64,000 nucleotides of DNA from Octopus bimaculoides (GCF_001194135.2 NC_068983.1:135480210-135544209), one strand, 5' to 3'; numbered from the stretch's first letter, positions 1-13,819 are shown. Numbers and translations are program-made. The notes: generated from the sequence alone by a model not told the origin.

Positions 1-200
1 TTCGTGCGGGTGACACGTAAAAGCACCCACTACACTCTCTGAGTGGTTGGCGTTAGGAAGGGCATCCAGCTGTAGAAACTCTGCTAAATCAGACTGGAGC
101 CTGGTGTTGCCATCCGGTTTCACCAGTCCTCAGTCAAATCGTCCAACCCATGCTAGCATGGAAAGCAGACGTTAAACAATGATGATGATGATGATGATGA
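1..200 (+). mobile_element. 3' end of RTE-type LINE (or SINE sharing its tail) with (GAT)n tail
   Basis: Ends in ...gttaaacaat(gat)n. Same 3' end recurs at 5595-5840, 25135, 44513, 59900-60040 and 61100-61190; copies at 25135 and 59597 are attached to RT-type coding remnants. Confidence 0.8.
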
Positions 201-744
201 TATCTGTGGAATGCTTAATGCCACTGGTACTCATTTTCAGCTAAATGAACTGAAGCAATAGGAAATGAAGTCCTTTGCCCAAGGATATAACACACCACCT
301 GAACTGATAATGAGACCCAAAACCTAAAGATGACTCCAATACCATAACCACTAGCCCACGCACCAAGTGTAATCAAGGGCCCATTGAATCAGGTTAATCT
401 GTATCACTAACTAAACTTACATATGTCTATTTGTTCATTTTACTTCCATTTTTTTCATGCTAGCATAGGTTGGATGGGTACATATTGAGAAATTGTTTTG
501 TCATCAGATGCCTTTCCTGTTGCTAACTCTAACCTGTTTTTCAAGAAAAAATGTTTTTTTTTTTTTATTCCACTCATCCTTCAAAATACAGAATGTAAAT
601 GTTCATATACATGTGTGTGTCATCATCATTTAATGTCCATTTTCTATGCTGGCATGAGTCAGACTGTTTGATAAGAACTGGCAAAGACTGCACCAAGCTC
701 CCTCTCTCTTAATATATATATATATATATATATGTATACAGTCG

Positions 745-905
745 CCATGATAGATCGCTGACCAAAACATTCAATTTTTTTTCTCCTTGTTTTCTCCGTA
801 TCCTTTCTGTTGAAGAGCGTAGCTCGAAACGTTAAAGACTTTCTCTATTCCCGAGCGTTAAACTAATACATCCTTTTGTTGTTTACACCACCTGTCCTCG
901 TCTGT
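745..905 (+). mobile_element. Penelope-like terminal-repeat remnant with minimal hammerhead-like core
   Basis: 807-830 CTGTTGAA-GAGC-GTA-GCTC-GAAAC resembles the CUGANGA/stem II/GAAA core. Element is flanked by (TA)n tracts. Confidence 0.45.
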
Positions 906-2179
906 TGTTGTTTTTTTCGTAAATTCTCCCATATATTTCTACACACATATATATATATATATACATACATCTATGTATGCATGTACACACTAAGAAGAAA
1001 TTCCTTTCTATTTTACATGCTCTCTTATGCTTGAATTCTTTTTCTTTGGTTATTATTCACAATCTTTTCACTTTTATTACATTTTCACACTAATTATTGA
1101 CTTTGTACCTTTTCCTTCTGACCTTGCACCTTTTTATATTATGTTTTTTCTCATCAACTATAATTGCTTACTTCAGTTTCTTGTACCTTCTAATTTTTTT
1201 CCCACGCCTTCCTCTCTCCTATATCACATTCTCACCCATTCACCTTTTCTCCCCAACACCTCTTATCTCACACTTGCACACCCCTAGCAACCACCCACAC
1301 AGCTCACACACCTCCTCCTATGCCCATCTCTCTACATGGATACTCTCCTATACTTGTACACAACACCCTGTCTCTCTTCTTCACTCTTTCCCATAGAACT
1401 GCATTCTCATCTGGCCCCTAGACATTTTGTTTTCTTCTTTCCACCACCTTTCCTCCTTTCTTTTCTTTTTTTACTGATGAAGGACTAGCATCCAAAACAT
1501 TAAAAACCCTTTCCTTTTCCTGGTGTCGTAGTGGGGATGAACCAACCTTGGACACAACAGAATTGATGAAGTGTAGTTCAAAGAGAGAGAGCTCCATAAG
1601 CTACATTTATAATTGTTTGACAAATCACAATTAAGAAAATATGTCAAATTGAAATATGCCCTAGAATTGATATGGTTGACTAAATTTTTGAAGACAGTGT
1701 CCAAATATGGTCATAGTCCAGTGACTGAGACCAGTAAAGAGAATAAAAGAATATGAAATGCATGATGATGGTGAGAAGAAAGCTAGTAGTTTCTCTGATG
1801 TCCTGTTAATATTACTGTAAGAGAATTATGATTATGGTTTATGTATATATGCACTAGTATCATTGATACTCAACTGTGGGTAGTCAGCCCTATTGGTTTT
1901 ATTTGGGGGAAGAAAATAGCCAGTTGTATTAACCCACTATTCAACTGGTACTTATTTTGTTGGTTAACCCCCCTCCCCTCAAAGAATAAAAGGTGAACTG
2001 TTGTCAGATGCATTAACTATTCTACCATCTCCCTGTCTTCTATGAGAGAATAATATCCACTCCACCACTTCATCTTGTTTTTCCTTTTCCTTTCTCTCCT
2101 TTCCTATTTATCTTACAAAAATGAGTTAGTCAACCAATGTCTTAACTTTTTCTGATCAAATACATCCATCTATAATTGA

Positions 2180-3000
2180 CAAACACTTTTGAGTTCAAAG
2201 TTCAGAAGAGTGTCTTTGTAGTGGTGTTGCACTCCAGTAATGCCCACTCCTATGCAGATAATGCCTTCATCCTTCTTAACTTTCCACACCCAACCTTATC
2301 TCTATGCAACGTAGTCACTTCACATCAGACTCCAGATATTGAAAACATTTTCAGAAACATTCTGCCCAAATTTCTTCAACAGCATTAAGATAAAATCATT
2401 AGACATGTTGAAAAAATGTTGTATAGCACATCTAAATATGAACAACATGCAACTATAACCATCAAGATCACTACAGATGTTGTCTTACCATCGCTGAAGA
2501 TCTTTCCTGGCATTTTCACTGTCAGCACAGCAAAACTGGCCTTTCTCTTCAGGGCTAGAAAATTTTACTGACCCAACAACTACTTATCCTTTACAAAGCT
2601 CAAGTGGGGACTCACAATAGAGCACTGCTACACATACAGACATCCAAAAAGAGGTAACCCATCTTGTTGGCATAAGTAACTAGCCAACTTATACATGCTC
2701 TCTCCTCACTCTAGTTTTTTCCAACTGCTACTATAACAGTCCTTGTTTGTCAGAGCTGCTCGGTCTTGTCTCACCTCTGCTTAGACAGTCTGGAGTCCTC
2801 TTGTCACTAATATTGCTTCCTCCACCAAACTCTATAATAACCACTTCTCCAAAACTTTGGTTCTCTGAAATTTCCCTCCCTGCACATGTTTATCCTGTAG
2901 ATGTAAATTTGAAACTATTCAAGTGGAATATTATTGTGTTAATCTTACTGGTCTTGAAAAATCTGTGACAGCCATAGACACATTCCTTCCTGCAGACCAG
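2180..3000 (+). mobile_element. Degenerate CR1/L2-like LINE reverse transcriptase remnant
   Basis: HSYADN (YADD-like) in ORF 2176-2388. Downstream remnant reads KLAFLFRARKFY*..LLILYKAQV..IEHCY, typical of the CR1/L2 RT C-terminus, with stops. Confidence 0.55.
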
Positions 3001-5594
3001 GAATAAAAACCCACTAAAACTGATTTGAAGTTGCACTTCAAGATCAGCAAAACATTTGTCAGTTATAGAATCCTTTGGAATTCTACACTTCTTCAGTCAT
3101 TTACAGATGTGCAACTGGTTCAACAAGTGTCATAGCGATGGATGTTGTAAAGTATCATTAATGTCTTATGAGGACAGTTGTTCAATTGTGACTCATCAGC
3201 ATTATTATATTCACATTTACTTATTCATGTCAGCATCTCACTCTCGTCTCAGTCCATTGTCATTTGATACACACAACAGCAGAGAAAAACCACCAATTTT
3301 GTTGATTTTATGGCTGGATGCTCTTCCTATCACTGACCATTTTATAGCATGGGCACCATCTTTTAACATCATTGATCTTAGAGATGCCTAAAGAGTACTC
3401 ATTTGCCTTCACTTAAAGTATAAAAATAGAAGCAAGAAATCTCATAAGGTTCATTGTTAAAATTTGATGCAAATGGAAAATTCTATCTCCAAAATTAGCT
3501 GTAGACAATGGTATGCCATAGAATGTGATTGACAATTATGTTATATAACTGTCATATATTTATACAACACTATACTGTTATCATTTAGATTCAGGTCAAC
3601 TCTGATCAGGCAGACCTATGTTTTAGCCATGATCATTGTGTCATTTTGTATATCAGAGACTATATAATAATCTAATGTGTTCTATTTTTAAGACAGTAGG
3701 GTACAGTTCAAGGGGGATTTAGCTGCTATTTCTTGCCAGTCAAGCTAGTCCATAGAGCCCCTTCATTTGCTCATCAGTATGCTATGCTTACAAATAATGT
3801 AGAGAATATATAATGTTAGATTTGTATTCAAATCTTTCTGCTTGATTATTCTTTTATGCATTTCAGCCCATAGGCTGTGGTCATACTGGGGCACTGCCAG
3901 TGTAAACACTTTTTCAATGGCTATTCTTATGTGATTGGCTTTTGGTGATCAAGAAAATTTTATATCATTCACTTATTGCTGTGGGTGAATAATATTATTA
4001 AGGCCAACATTTACTTTTTCACAAACAATTAGCATAATTAGACTTCTTAACCTAATGAGAGGAATCTAATACTGAAAACTCGTGTCCAAATTGGTATTGA
4101 AGAAAAAATTAATCGGGTAAAAAGTCAATTTTGAGGATGATTACTGAATAACTAAACTTAAGTTATGCTCCATCCATCTCGCTTTGGTATATATGTATAA
4201 ATAAACACATGTATACATAAAATTAACAAAAAAGATCTGAGCAAAGTGGTGATGGTCTGTAGTTGCAATTAATTAATATAAACAGTTTGAAAAGTGGAAA
4301 AAATGAGTTGTGCTGAATATTTACCCCATCACATTTAATCATTTTTTTTATTTAAAAAAAATTTCTTCAGAATCCTGCTTTCACCAGCAGAGATTACGAG
4401 TTTGTCTCCAAAACAGCTTTGCAAAATTTTAATACCCTACTCCTCCCAAATTCTTTGTTTTACTTTTTATCAAACAAATTTGGGGGAATTCTACTTGGAA
4501 AAGTACAGAGACTGATTCTGAGAAAGAAAAATTCTTTTCTTCCAAATTTCAGTTTTGTTAACATTGCCTGCTCTCCCTCTCTTGGCTTTTTGGCACACCT
4601 ACTTCACCCCAATACCAACATTCCAGATGTTTTTAAACTCAGCTACTTATTTTTGCATGCATGCATTCTTATTGAACCAGTAGATGAAATGAGGGATACC
4701 TTAGTTGTTTGACATGCTTGAAAGGACAATTAAATCTTTGAAAAATAATTTATTTTTTAAAAAAATCAACCCCACTCCCAGTTATTAGAATGATAATGTG
4801 CAATGTATATAAGTGGATGTCTGTTGGAACCAGCAGATGAAATAAGGGAGGCCTCAGTGTGGGCATTCAACATGCTAAAAAATATAAGCCAAGGCTCTGA
4901 AAAGTGATTTTTTTTTTCCAGTTTCACTTTTTTTAAAATCATCCCATTCCTTTGTTTCTGAAATAATGATACCTGCCCAACAGAGATAAGGAAATGTATT
5001 AGCAAAGCTATTCCCACTTCCTACCAACCAAACAGCACTAAAATATTAGGAAAATTTTGTGGTGTCCCCCACCCCCTCCCATTAGTGAGAAGACAAAATA
5101 GAGTTTGCGTCCTTCTAATTTATCTTACTTTGCCATAGTGTTAGACAAGATTTAAATGTTTCAAATTATCTCTAAAAAAATCAACATGAAAATGTCATTT
5201 AAACCTGACTAAAACAGTGATTTAATGTGAATTTGTAAAATTAAAGATGCATTATTTTTCTAATAGACTTGCAATAGGTTCCTGCTTCCAACTAACATTT
5301 GCTATCACTTGGGCCATATCTTAGTTTTCAGTTGTAATTCTACACACATCCAGGATACATTATGGCAGTATTTTTCAGGGGAAAACGGGGCAGACAGATT
5401 GCCTTGTTTTCAAGAAAAATTGAAATGATTTGAAACATTTAAAATTTATTTATTCAATACTCTGGGACAAATGGATTTGTAGTGTGCTTTATTTGTCAAG
5501 AATCTGAACATGATCAAACACCTTTTGCCTCATACCTGCTGTCCTGCTTTATTGGCATTCCTGTTTGTCTCAGGTTCCTTATTGCAATTTTTAT

Positions 5595-6912
5595 CATCAT
5601 CATCATCATCATCGTTTAACGTCCGCTTTCCATGCTAGCATGGGTTGGACGATTTGACTGAGGACTGGTGAAACCGGATGGCAACACCAGGCTCCAGTCT
5701 GATTTGGCAGAGTTTCTACAGCTGGATGCCCTTCCTAACGCCAACCACTCAGAGAGTGTAGTGGGTGCTTTTACGTGTCACCCGCACGAAAACGGCCACG
5801 CTCGAAATGGTGTCTTTTATGTGCCACCCGCACAAGCCAGNNNNNNNNNNNNNNNNNNNNNNNNNNNNNNNNNNNNNNNNNNNNNNNNNNNNNNNNNNNN
5901 NNNNNNNNNNNNNNNNNNNNNNNNNNNNNNNNNNNNNNNNNNNNNNNNNNNNNNNNNNNNNNNNNNNNNNNNNNNNNNNNNNNNNNNNNNNNNNNNNNNN
6001 NNNNNNNNNNNNNNNNNNNNNNNNNNNNNNNNNNNNNNNNNNNNNNNNNNNNNNNNNNNNNNNNNNNNNNNNNNNNNNNNNNNNNNNNNNNNNNNNNNNN
6101 NNNNNNNNNNNNNNNNNNNNNNNNNNNNNNNNNNNNNNNNNNNNNNNNNNNNNNNNNNNNNNNNNNNNNNNNNNNNNNNNNNNNNNNNNNNNNNNNNNNN
6201 NNNNNNNNNNNNNNNNNNNNNNNNNNNNNNNNNNNNNNNNNNNNNNNNNNNNNNNNNNNNNNNNNNNNNNNNNNNNNNNNNNNNNNNNNNNNNNNNNNNN
6301 NNNNNNNNNNNNNNNNNNNNNNNNNNNNNNNNNNNNNNNNNNNNNNNNNNNNNNNNNNNNNNNNNNNNNNNNNNNNNNNNNNNNNNNNNNNNNNNNNNNN
6401 NNNNNNNNNNNNNNNNNNNNNNNNNNNNNNNNNNNNNNNNNNNNNNNNNNNNNNNNNNNNNNNNNNNNNNNNNNNNNNNNNNNNNNNNNNNNNNNNNNNN
6501 NNNNNNNNNNNNNNNNNNNNNNNNNNNNNNNNNNNNNNNNNNNNNNNNNNNNNNNNNNNNNNNNNNNNNNNNNNNNNNNNNNNNNNNNNNNNNNNNNNNN
6601 NNNNNNNNNNNNNNNNNNNNNNNNNNNNNNTTTTTCACCCTGGAATGAGATAGAAGTTGTTTCCTGTTTGTTTGCAGTCTTTATTGCACCTGAACATCTG
6701 CCACAAACAAAAACTAACTTGCTAGTTAACCTGCCTTTGATGTTGCTGCACCTCTTATGTGTCCATAGCTTGCACCGGGTACATCTTATAGAGTTACTAC
6801 CTACTCCTTTTCTACATACTGAGCAGGGCCATCTACCTGAAGGGGTTTGTGTTTTATCTACCTTCCTACTTATTAGGATTTTGGTTTTAGCTAGGTTGAC
6901 TCTAAGGCCCTT
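5595..6912 (-). mobile_element. 5'-truncated RTE-type LINE spanning assembly gap
   Basis: (GAT)n tail at 5595-5612. 6631-6912 is the reverse complement of the family at 40440-40740 (PCSVC..CTRC..H..C..CGKC region). Confidence 0.75.
5841..6630. other. Assembly gap (N run)
   Basis: Run of N. Confidence 1.
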
Positions 6913-9044
6913 ATACTTTATTTTTACAAAATTTACTTTTAGTTTATGCTTTCTGAAAAAAATTCAATTGTTTTTACTGTTTATATCTTTCTGAGTTTTG
7001 TCTTTTTTTTTCCTATAAAAAAAAATGCCTCTAAAGAGTGAATGAGCTGAAAAAAATGCAGGTGTAAGAGTTATAATATCTATTATCAATTGAACCCGGA
7101 AAAGTATTTACACCCTAAACAAACATACTAAATTGTGTGAAACTTTCACTGTTGGTTTTATTAGTCAAGTAGAAGGGACTCTGGTCATGACTTTAGCAGG
7201 CCAAGATCTTTGTGAATAAAATGGTTGAAGCTGTTTATATATTTGGAAGTTGACATTGAGAGTGAAGAAAGATTTGGTATAGTGATTAGTGTAGAGTCTG
7301 GTTAAGGAGATAGTATGGATGATGTCATCTGTCAGGAAACGTCCAATCCCAGAGACACCTGTAAGTAGGCAGGTTAGCTATGAGATTCTCATATGAGGCA
7401 GTCAAATGCATCCCAACATTACTTTTGTTGAACTTCTCAAGAGTGAGGGATCATTGGTGACTGACAAATAAGAACAGGAGACCATACTGATGGTTAGTAA
7501 TGAGGTATATTCGGTGTTATAGACTATAGCAATGTTAGTTATAGGGCTTTCATTGGGCCAATCACTGGTTCACTACATCTCTGATAACAAGAGGTAAGGG
7601 AGCATCTGGAATTTTATGCAGAGGGCTTTTTCCCAATGTTTATATCCTTCACTGAAAAATATTAACGTATATGGACTTCTGCACAGTTTCTGTCAACATA
7701 ATTCTACTCACTAGGTTTTGATCAGCTACAATAGAAGGCACTTGCTAAACAACTGGATTTAGTACAGTAGCTCATGATTGTGAAGTGAATATTTTAACCA
7801 GGTACCTAAGTGTTGGTGACTGCTAATGACTTTCTATCACCTTTGAGATGTTGGAAGTGAAAACAATATGTCAATAGATGGCAAATTCATAGAGATTCTT
7901 GGAGATGACATACTTCGTGGTTTGATTCCACAAAGTAGGTAGAGACTCTCTTAAAGGACCAAGACTAGCTGTAATTTGAAAGTAAGAGAGTTCAGAGTTT
8001 GTGTGATGCACAAAATATCCTTTACTTTCAGCTGGCTAGTCTGGTAGGAGTTGTAGCTGTGAGTAAAATCCAGTTACTGAGTTTCTCAAGATACTATAGG
8101 CCATATTCTTCACCTGTATTACTGCATATGAACCTATATGAAAGTCTGTGTTTTAGTTGTGAGGAATATTAAGGAACACACTTAAGGGTGGGAAAGAGGA
8201 CAAGGGTAGTTTGAGTGGGTATTTGGTCAGGGATATAACTAAGTAATAATACTGTTGCAGATGCTTCAGCTTACATTACTGTAAAAGAGAAAGTCAATGC
8301 TGATACAGCAATATATTTAAGAGCACATTATCTAATGCAATAGTTCTCATAGGAGAAAGGAGATGGACAAATTGCTATGTTTAATAAAAGATGGTAGTTT
8401 AAAACTTGTCGTACATTATGGTGTAATAAAAAAAAAAATCATGGGGATTCAAACCCAATTTGCTTCTAATTCAATAGGATGGGGAGGGGGGAGGGGAAAC
8501 ATTTCCCCAAATAATTTTTTGCGCTACCTGGTATTTGTCAGTTTGAGAACCATTGATCTAAACTGTTGGTCACTTTTTTCTTTCCTTTTATAAGACTGCA
8601 GAGTGTTTTATTTGTTAGGCTGCATGATTGTATTAGAAGGTCCTCACATAGTACTTGTGATTTCTCAAGTACTGATATGTAGGACAATGAAATTAAATGT
8701 AAAGAAATAAGGAAAATAGAAACAAAATGCTTATGTTAAGTTAAAGAATAAAAGTTTCAAGAAAATGTTTTTTCACATTATTCCACTATATTTGAACAAA
8801 TAAATTACTGGGGGAAATTATTCATAAATACCATCAGCATGAAAACTAATAGTCAAGTTAGTTTAGTATATTTCTAGCAGCTTATTCATTCATTATGAGT
8901 TTTCTATGTTATAGATTAGATGAAAACATTATTGAAACACTTGTTTTACAGTTAAGGGATCTCTTAATTCACACCCATGTGAAGGCACAAGACAATAGAT
9001 AAGAATGCTTATAGCTCATGACTTTAGTACAGTGCAACTGTAAA

Positions 9045-9214
9045 CAAACATACATGCATGATGGGCTTCTTTCAGTTTCTGTCTACCAAATTCACTTACA
9101 AGGCTTTGGTCTGTCTGCAGCTAGAGTAGAAGACACCTACTTAAGGTGTTGCACAGTGGGAATGAACTTGAAAACACTTGGTCGAAAAGCAAACTTATTG
9201 ACCACACAGCCATG
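9045..9214 (-). mobile_element. Degenerate tRNA-derived SINE (5' half)
   Basis: Matches 46330-46499 (gggcttctttcagtttc...aagacac...cagtggga...accacacagcc). Confidence 0.65.
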
Positions 9215-11011
9215 ATTGTGTTGATAGGACAATCAGCTGGGTGAAAGAATTTTACTAATTTTCCTACATTTTCATTTGACAACCAAAGTTAAAATCAATG
9301 CAACAATCTATCTTAATATTTTGATAGTCATTCTCTCCACTCATTTTCTTCTTTACACTAACTTGTAAAGAGACAAAAAAAAAACCCCTATGCTATTCAA
9401 CTTCGAGAGATGGAAGAAGGGCAAGAACTGTGTAAATTCACATTGATAATTTTGCTACTTAGAATACACTATTTCTATTGACTCCTATATAAAAGTGATG
9501 CATTTATCAACTTTAGTTTTACTCAACATTTGATCACCCTGTTGCAGATAACTGGGAAAAGCATCTTGAGGTCAATCCATAAACTTAAATAAATGGATAA
9601 TCTGGCAAGTTACAAATGTAGATTTACCAACTGCTTTACATAAGGTGGTTATTACTAAAAAAGGAAAGGGAGTCAAATATTAGGGAAAGTAACTTAATGC
9701 CTTTCCATCACTTTTGAAATATAGGAAGTGAGAGCTGTCAAAGTCAGAGAAGTTGCCCTTCTTAAGAATGAGATGCACTGTACCATGCAATTCTAAAGAT
9801 CAGCTTCAATACCTGTTAAAAAAAAAGAATGAGGGACAAAGGGGATACAGTGTTTGATAATGATATAAATGTTGTTAGCACCAATTGTCTTATTGATTTA
9901 AACTGACAGATGTGTTTGCATTTGGTGTCTGAGTAGTGATCAAGCTTGTAGAGCAGAGAAGGAACAATGCTGGAGGAGTTCTGCTGAGTTTGAGAAATAT
10001 GGAGTTGGATACAAATTGGACATTTAAGTGGAAGCTTTTTCCACAAGAGCAGTGTTTGGAAAGCCATCATAGTTCAGTTGTAGCAGATTTAGGTATAGAT
10101 CTTTTGGCGAGAAACTAAAAAAACACAAGCTGTAGCACAATGTTATGTTCTGCATTTTTATAGTTGTGGTGGTAGGTGAATACATATTAGTTACTAGCTC
10201 ACTGATTGGGACTACAAAACCACTTATTAGTGCTTTGTTTTTATATTTTCACAGTACAGTAAGTCTACATGTTTCAGTTTGCTGAACTGTCAAGAATTCA
10301 TATCCAGTCTTGTGCAAATTTATCTAATTCATTTGGTGCCATGAAACCAGAACAAAGAATATGCAGCAGCTAGACATTTTCTCTCCATACAAAGAAATCC
10401 AAAACAAACACAAAAGATTATCTGAAAATGTTTTTATGCATGTATTAATGTTTGCCTTGACATACTCCTGGGATCTAATTAACAAAAAGATTTCCATCTG
10501 AAAGAAAATTGCAGTTTTTCATGTCTTATACATGATTTGTCAACTTTATAATTTAATAAATTCAATGTGAATTGCTTTTTTGCTCCCTCATTACAACACC
10601 TTCCATTCTAAAACGTTTACAATTATAAAAAAAGGCTATCTTTTCTCAAATTGAGAATCACCAGAGAAATACTTATGATTTCCTTTTGAATAGGTACAGA
10701 ATTAGACAAGAACATTATTAAAACTGTGTTACAGACATTCTGCAGCACTTACCAAATCAAAAGGAAAGACAACATTGTAAAGAAATAGCCTGCAAACTCT
10801 AATGGCAATCTAAAAAGCTACATATGTTGGATATTTTTTTACACTTAGAATAAATGAGAATAACCACCCATATGACAGACTTTTCTCTTATGCAGTAGAA
10901 TCATACCTGCGACAAAATAAATACATGATACCTAAAACAAAGAAAGAAAATGAATTGTATCTGTTTATGATGTTCTGTTGAAATGAAACACAGTATAAGT
11001 AATCCTTGGTG

Positions 11012-11989
11012 TCATCTAGCTATATGCTTCTTTTTAACATTTACTAATTGTAAGTTGGATGAAGATAATGATATTGGTTCATAATTTGCACTAAACAAAC
11101 TAACAGGATAAGGCTTAGAATTCTCAGAATTTTTCAGATGTTGGAATTTATCACAACTTACTAGTCTACGAATTGATGTAGGAGTTATGTAGCCAACTGG
11201 ATGAGATTCTGAATGAAGTGAGAAATGAGGAGAGAGGGATGAAGATGATAATAATGATTGCTCAGTTTGCTGTATATCAGAATTGTGTTCAAAGTTATCC
11301 AAAGATGTATTATGAGAAAGCAAGCTTGACTGAGTTAAATCTGCATCAGAAATGTCTGACCCTTGTTGTGTTGACAAAAAGTCCTGGTATCCATATCGAT
11401 GATCATCTGGACCAATCAGTTCTACTTTGATTTGTGGTTTGTTAAACAGGTCATCTTCATGGTTACTGTTGATATCATCTTGTTCATTACTAGTATCAGA
11501 AATTTCTTGTTTCACAACTTTTCTTTTTATCTCTGTTGGAAATTTGCTGGAAAGTACATTGGAATTTTCCTCAAGATTACGGTTGTAAAGAGTGATAGGA
11601 ATTACTTGAGAAACAGGAGTGAAATTATCTTGGCATGTAATTTGAGTGTTTGTGACGTCTGAGATAAGTCCTGATGAAGAGCAAGGTTCAGTAAGTATTG
11701 ACTCCAACATATCTGTTGGTACTGTTACTGAATTTTCTGCTATTTTTAATTGGTTGTTACAAAGCTGATCAAAACCCTGCATGTCAAGACACTGGGCAAT
11801 AATTTTCAATTGCGACAGGATGTTTTTATCTAGTTCCAGCACACCATCATACATATACTCACAGAAAGCTAATAGTGCTTCTTCACTCACAGTGGAAGGG
11901 AATGTTACAGCAGGCAAGTCAGAATGAAAAGCATTGTAAAATACAGGTAACACTTTGGGACATACAGCTCCAAAGACAATTTGATGAAC
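11012..11989 (-). CDS. BTB/POZ-domain protein, last coding exon (C-terminal half of BTB plus acidic/Ser-rich tail)
   Basis: Acceptor ttttgcag at 11990-11991, phase 0. Reads VHQIVFGAVCPKV...EALLAFCEYMYDGVLEL...LKIIAQCLDMQGFDQLC. 978 nt open to TGA at 11012-11014. Confidence 0.9.
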   Translation of the reverse strand, partial: VHQIVFGAVCPKVLPVFYNAFHSDLPAVTFPSTVSEEALLAFCEYMYDGVLELDKNILSQLKIIAQCLDMQGFDQLCNNQLKIAENSVTVPTDMLESILTEPCSSSGLISDVTNTQITCQDNFTPVSQVIPITLYNRNLEENSNVLSSKFPTEIKRKVVKQEISDTSNEQDDINSNHEDDLFNKPQIKVELIGPDDHRYGYQDFLSTQQGSDISDADLTQSSLLSHNTSLDNFEHNSDIQQTEQSLLSSSSLSPHFSLHSESHPVGYITPTSIRRLVSCDKFQHLKNSENSKPYPVSLFSANYEPISLSSSNLQLVNVKKKHIAR

Positions 11990-12428
11990 CTGCAAAAATT
12001 AATAGAATGAAAACAAAAGATTAACTTATCACCAGAGAGAACATATTCCAATCAAATCCCATTTGCCTCAACAGTTCCAAATTGTAACTTCAGTAGTCTC
12101 CACCCACCAATAAAAATACATTAAAAGAAAAGCATTCTGTGGTCATCAAAAGTGTCATTATCTTCCACCTAATAGTGGTGGTAATCAACAAAACAGTAGA
12201 AAGGCAATGGCATAATAAATGTCATTCATATTATTTGCTTATTTCCATCCACACTGTTTTCCTTTCTTAGGTCTTTTCACTTCAACACTTTGCTCAGGCA
12301 TTCATATCTGGAGTTACTTAACTGTACTTATAACTTCCAACAAAATAACGAAATAAAAATAAACACTATTTTAATTAACTCTTCTTCCAGAGAAGAATCT
12401 ACAAATATAGTCTGAAATGCAAACTTAC

Positions 12429-12759
12429 CATAACACTAACTGTACCATTGCTGATATAAGCATCACACAACCGACCAGCTTTCCATAATGATGACATGTT
12501 TGACATAACAGATGACTGATGGTTTGGAACTACAAGCATACGTTTCTCTTTTTGGTGAGATACATCTATTGTTGGACTCATTTGCAACTGTTTCTCAGAT
12601 TTAGGAGCAGTTTGTAGTTTCTGAATATTTTTTGATGAAAAACTTTGATTTTTGGAAGAGCTACTCGAGCAATCTATTGGTTGGGATCTAGTATCAGTAG
12701 TTGATGATGAAACAGCAGCTGGTTTGTCAATAACATGAGTTTGACCAGCTGAAATAAAA
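12429..12759 (-). CDS. BTB/POZ-domain protein, internal exon (start of BTB)
   Basis: Acceptor ttttttactag (phase 2), donor ATG|GTAAGT (phase 0). Encodes NHQSSVMSNMSSLWKAGRLCDAYISNGTVSVM, which joins in frame to VHQIV. Confidence 0.85.
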
Positions 12760-13819
12760 CTAGTAAAAAAAAAATATATAAATAAATAAAAGTCAAACAA
12801 TTATTGGCAGAAAAAAAATCAAACCAAATCATTTTTGATAATTTTCTACATCTACACTAAAAGTTATTTTAATAAAGAAAAGCAAATAGAATTGTATGAG
12901 AATTTTAGATAAACTTTCAAAAAGTAAAACTAATATCAAAAGATTTTATATCATGAAATAGTAAACAATCCATCACACAAAGAGAACTAGAGCTAAAGAC
13001 AGCCTTAAAATAATTTGATTTCATCAATGAAGTAAAGGCTAGTGAAGAATTATTACAGGTTTTACTGGGCAAGGTTCATAACTCACTCTACTTGGCTTAG
13101 CTGACAATAAGATCCATGTCTTCTAAATTTAAACTCCTAGGATTAAAGCAACAAGAACCACTCCAGTGTATCAAGTGATACAACATTAAACAAACTACTA
13201 CTAAAAAGGAGCAAGAAAGTGTATAACAGACAGTTTTACTGTTTACTCATTTGCTTTGTTAATCTTAGCAGTTTAGTAGTAGAGAATGTTACTGTCCACT
13301 TCAGGGTTTAATTGTAAATAAATGTGGAATATTTAATATTTTTATTTTATTTATTTACTCTTTTGGTATTTTTTTACTGAAATATTCTTCAGGTTGATTT
13401 ATTGAAGACAAACAGCTGTAATATCTTTTCTATGAACATTAGCAATGTAAGTGAATGGATCAAATTTAATTAAAATAGGACATGGCCTCAGTTCATTAAG
13501 AGTCCATATTTACAACAACTGTTAGTAGTAACTATTTAGTCTTCAGTAGCTTGTAGGAAGATTTGAGCACTGCACTGTTAAAAATTTTCAGTCTAATATT
13601 CATTGCCCTATGAATTGTCTTGTCTAGAAATCCAGCATTTTCCTTTAACAACAGAACAAGATACACATTATTACCCATTTAGCCAGGAAGAAAGCAACTT
13701 AACTTTTAGCCATCTATGATTTTTTTCCCAATAGATTAATGGCATGAATAATATGAATACATCTAAAAAAAAAAAGACAAATTTAAATCAATTAGTTATG
13801 AAACTCTGAAATCACTCAC

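Noticed and set aside
1027-1396. ORFs 1027-1287 and 1097-1396
   Set aside because: Low-complexity pyrimidine-rich sequence giving F/L/S/H-rich spurious frames.
5668-6994. Long ORFs in the track at 5.7-7.0, 16.5-17.2 and 20.3-21.2 kb
   Set aside because: Artefacts of translating through N runs.
7100-8300. LINE endonuclease remnant
   Set aside because: Looks coding-derived but I could not recover a diagnostic motif.
9816-10118. Degenerate zinc-finger exon downstream of BTB
   Set aside because: Only fragments (SLLRHQMQTH) separated by stops; no complete C2H2 motif in any frame.
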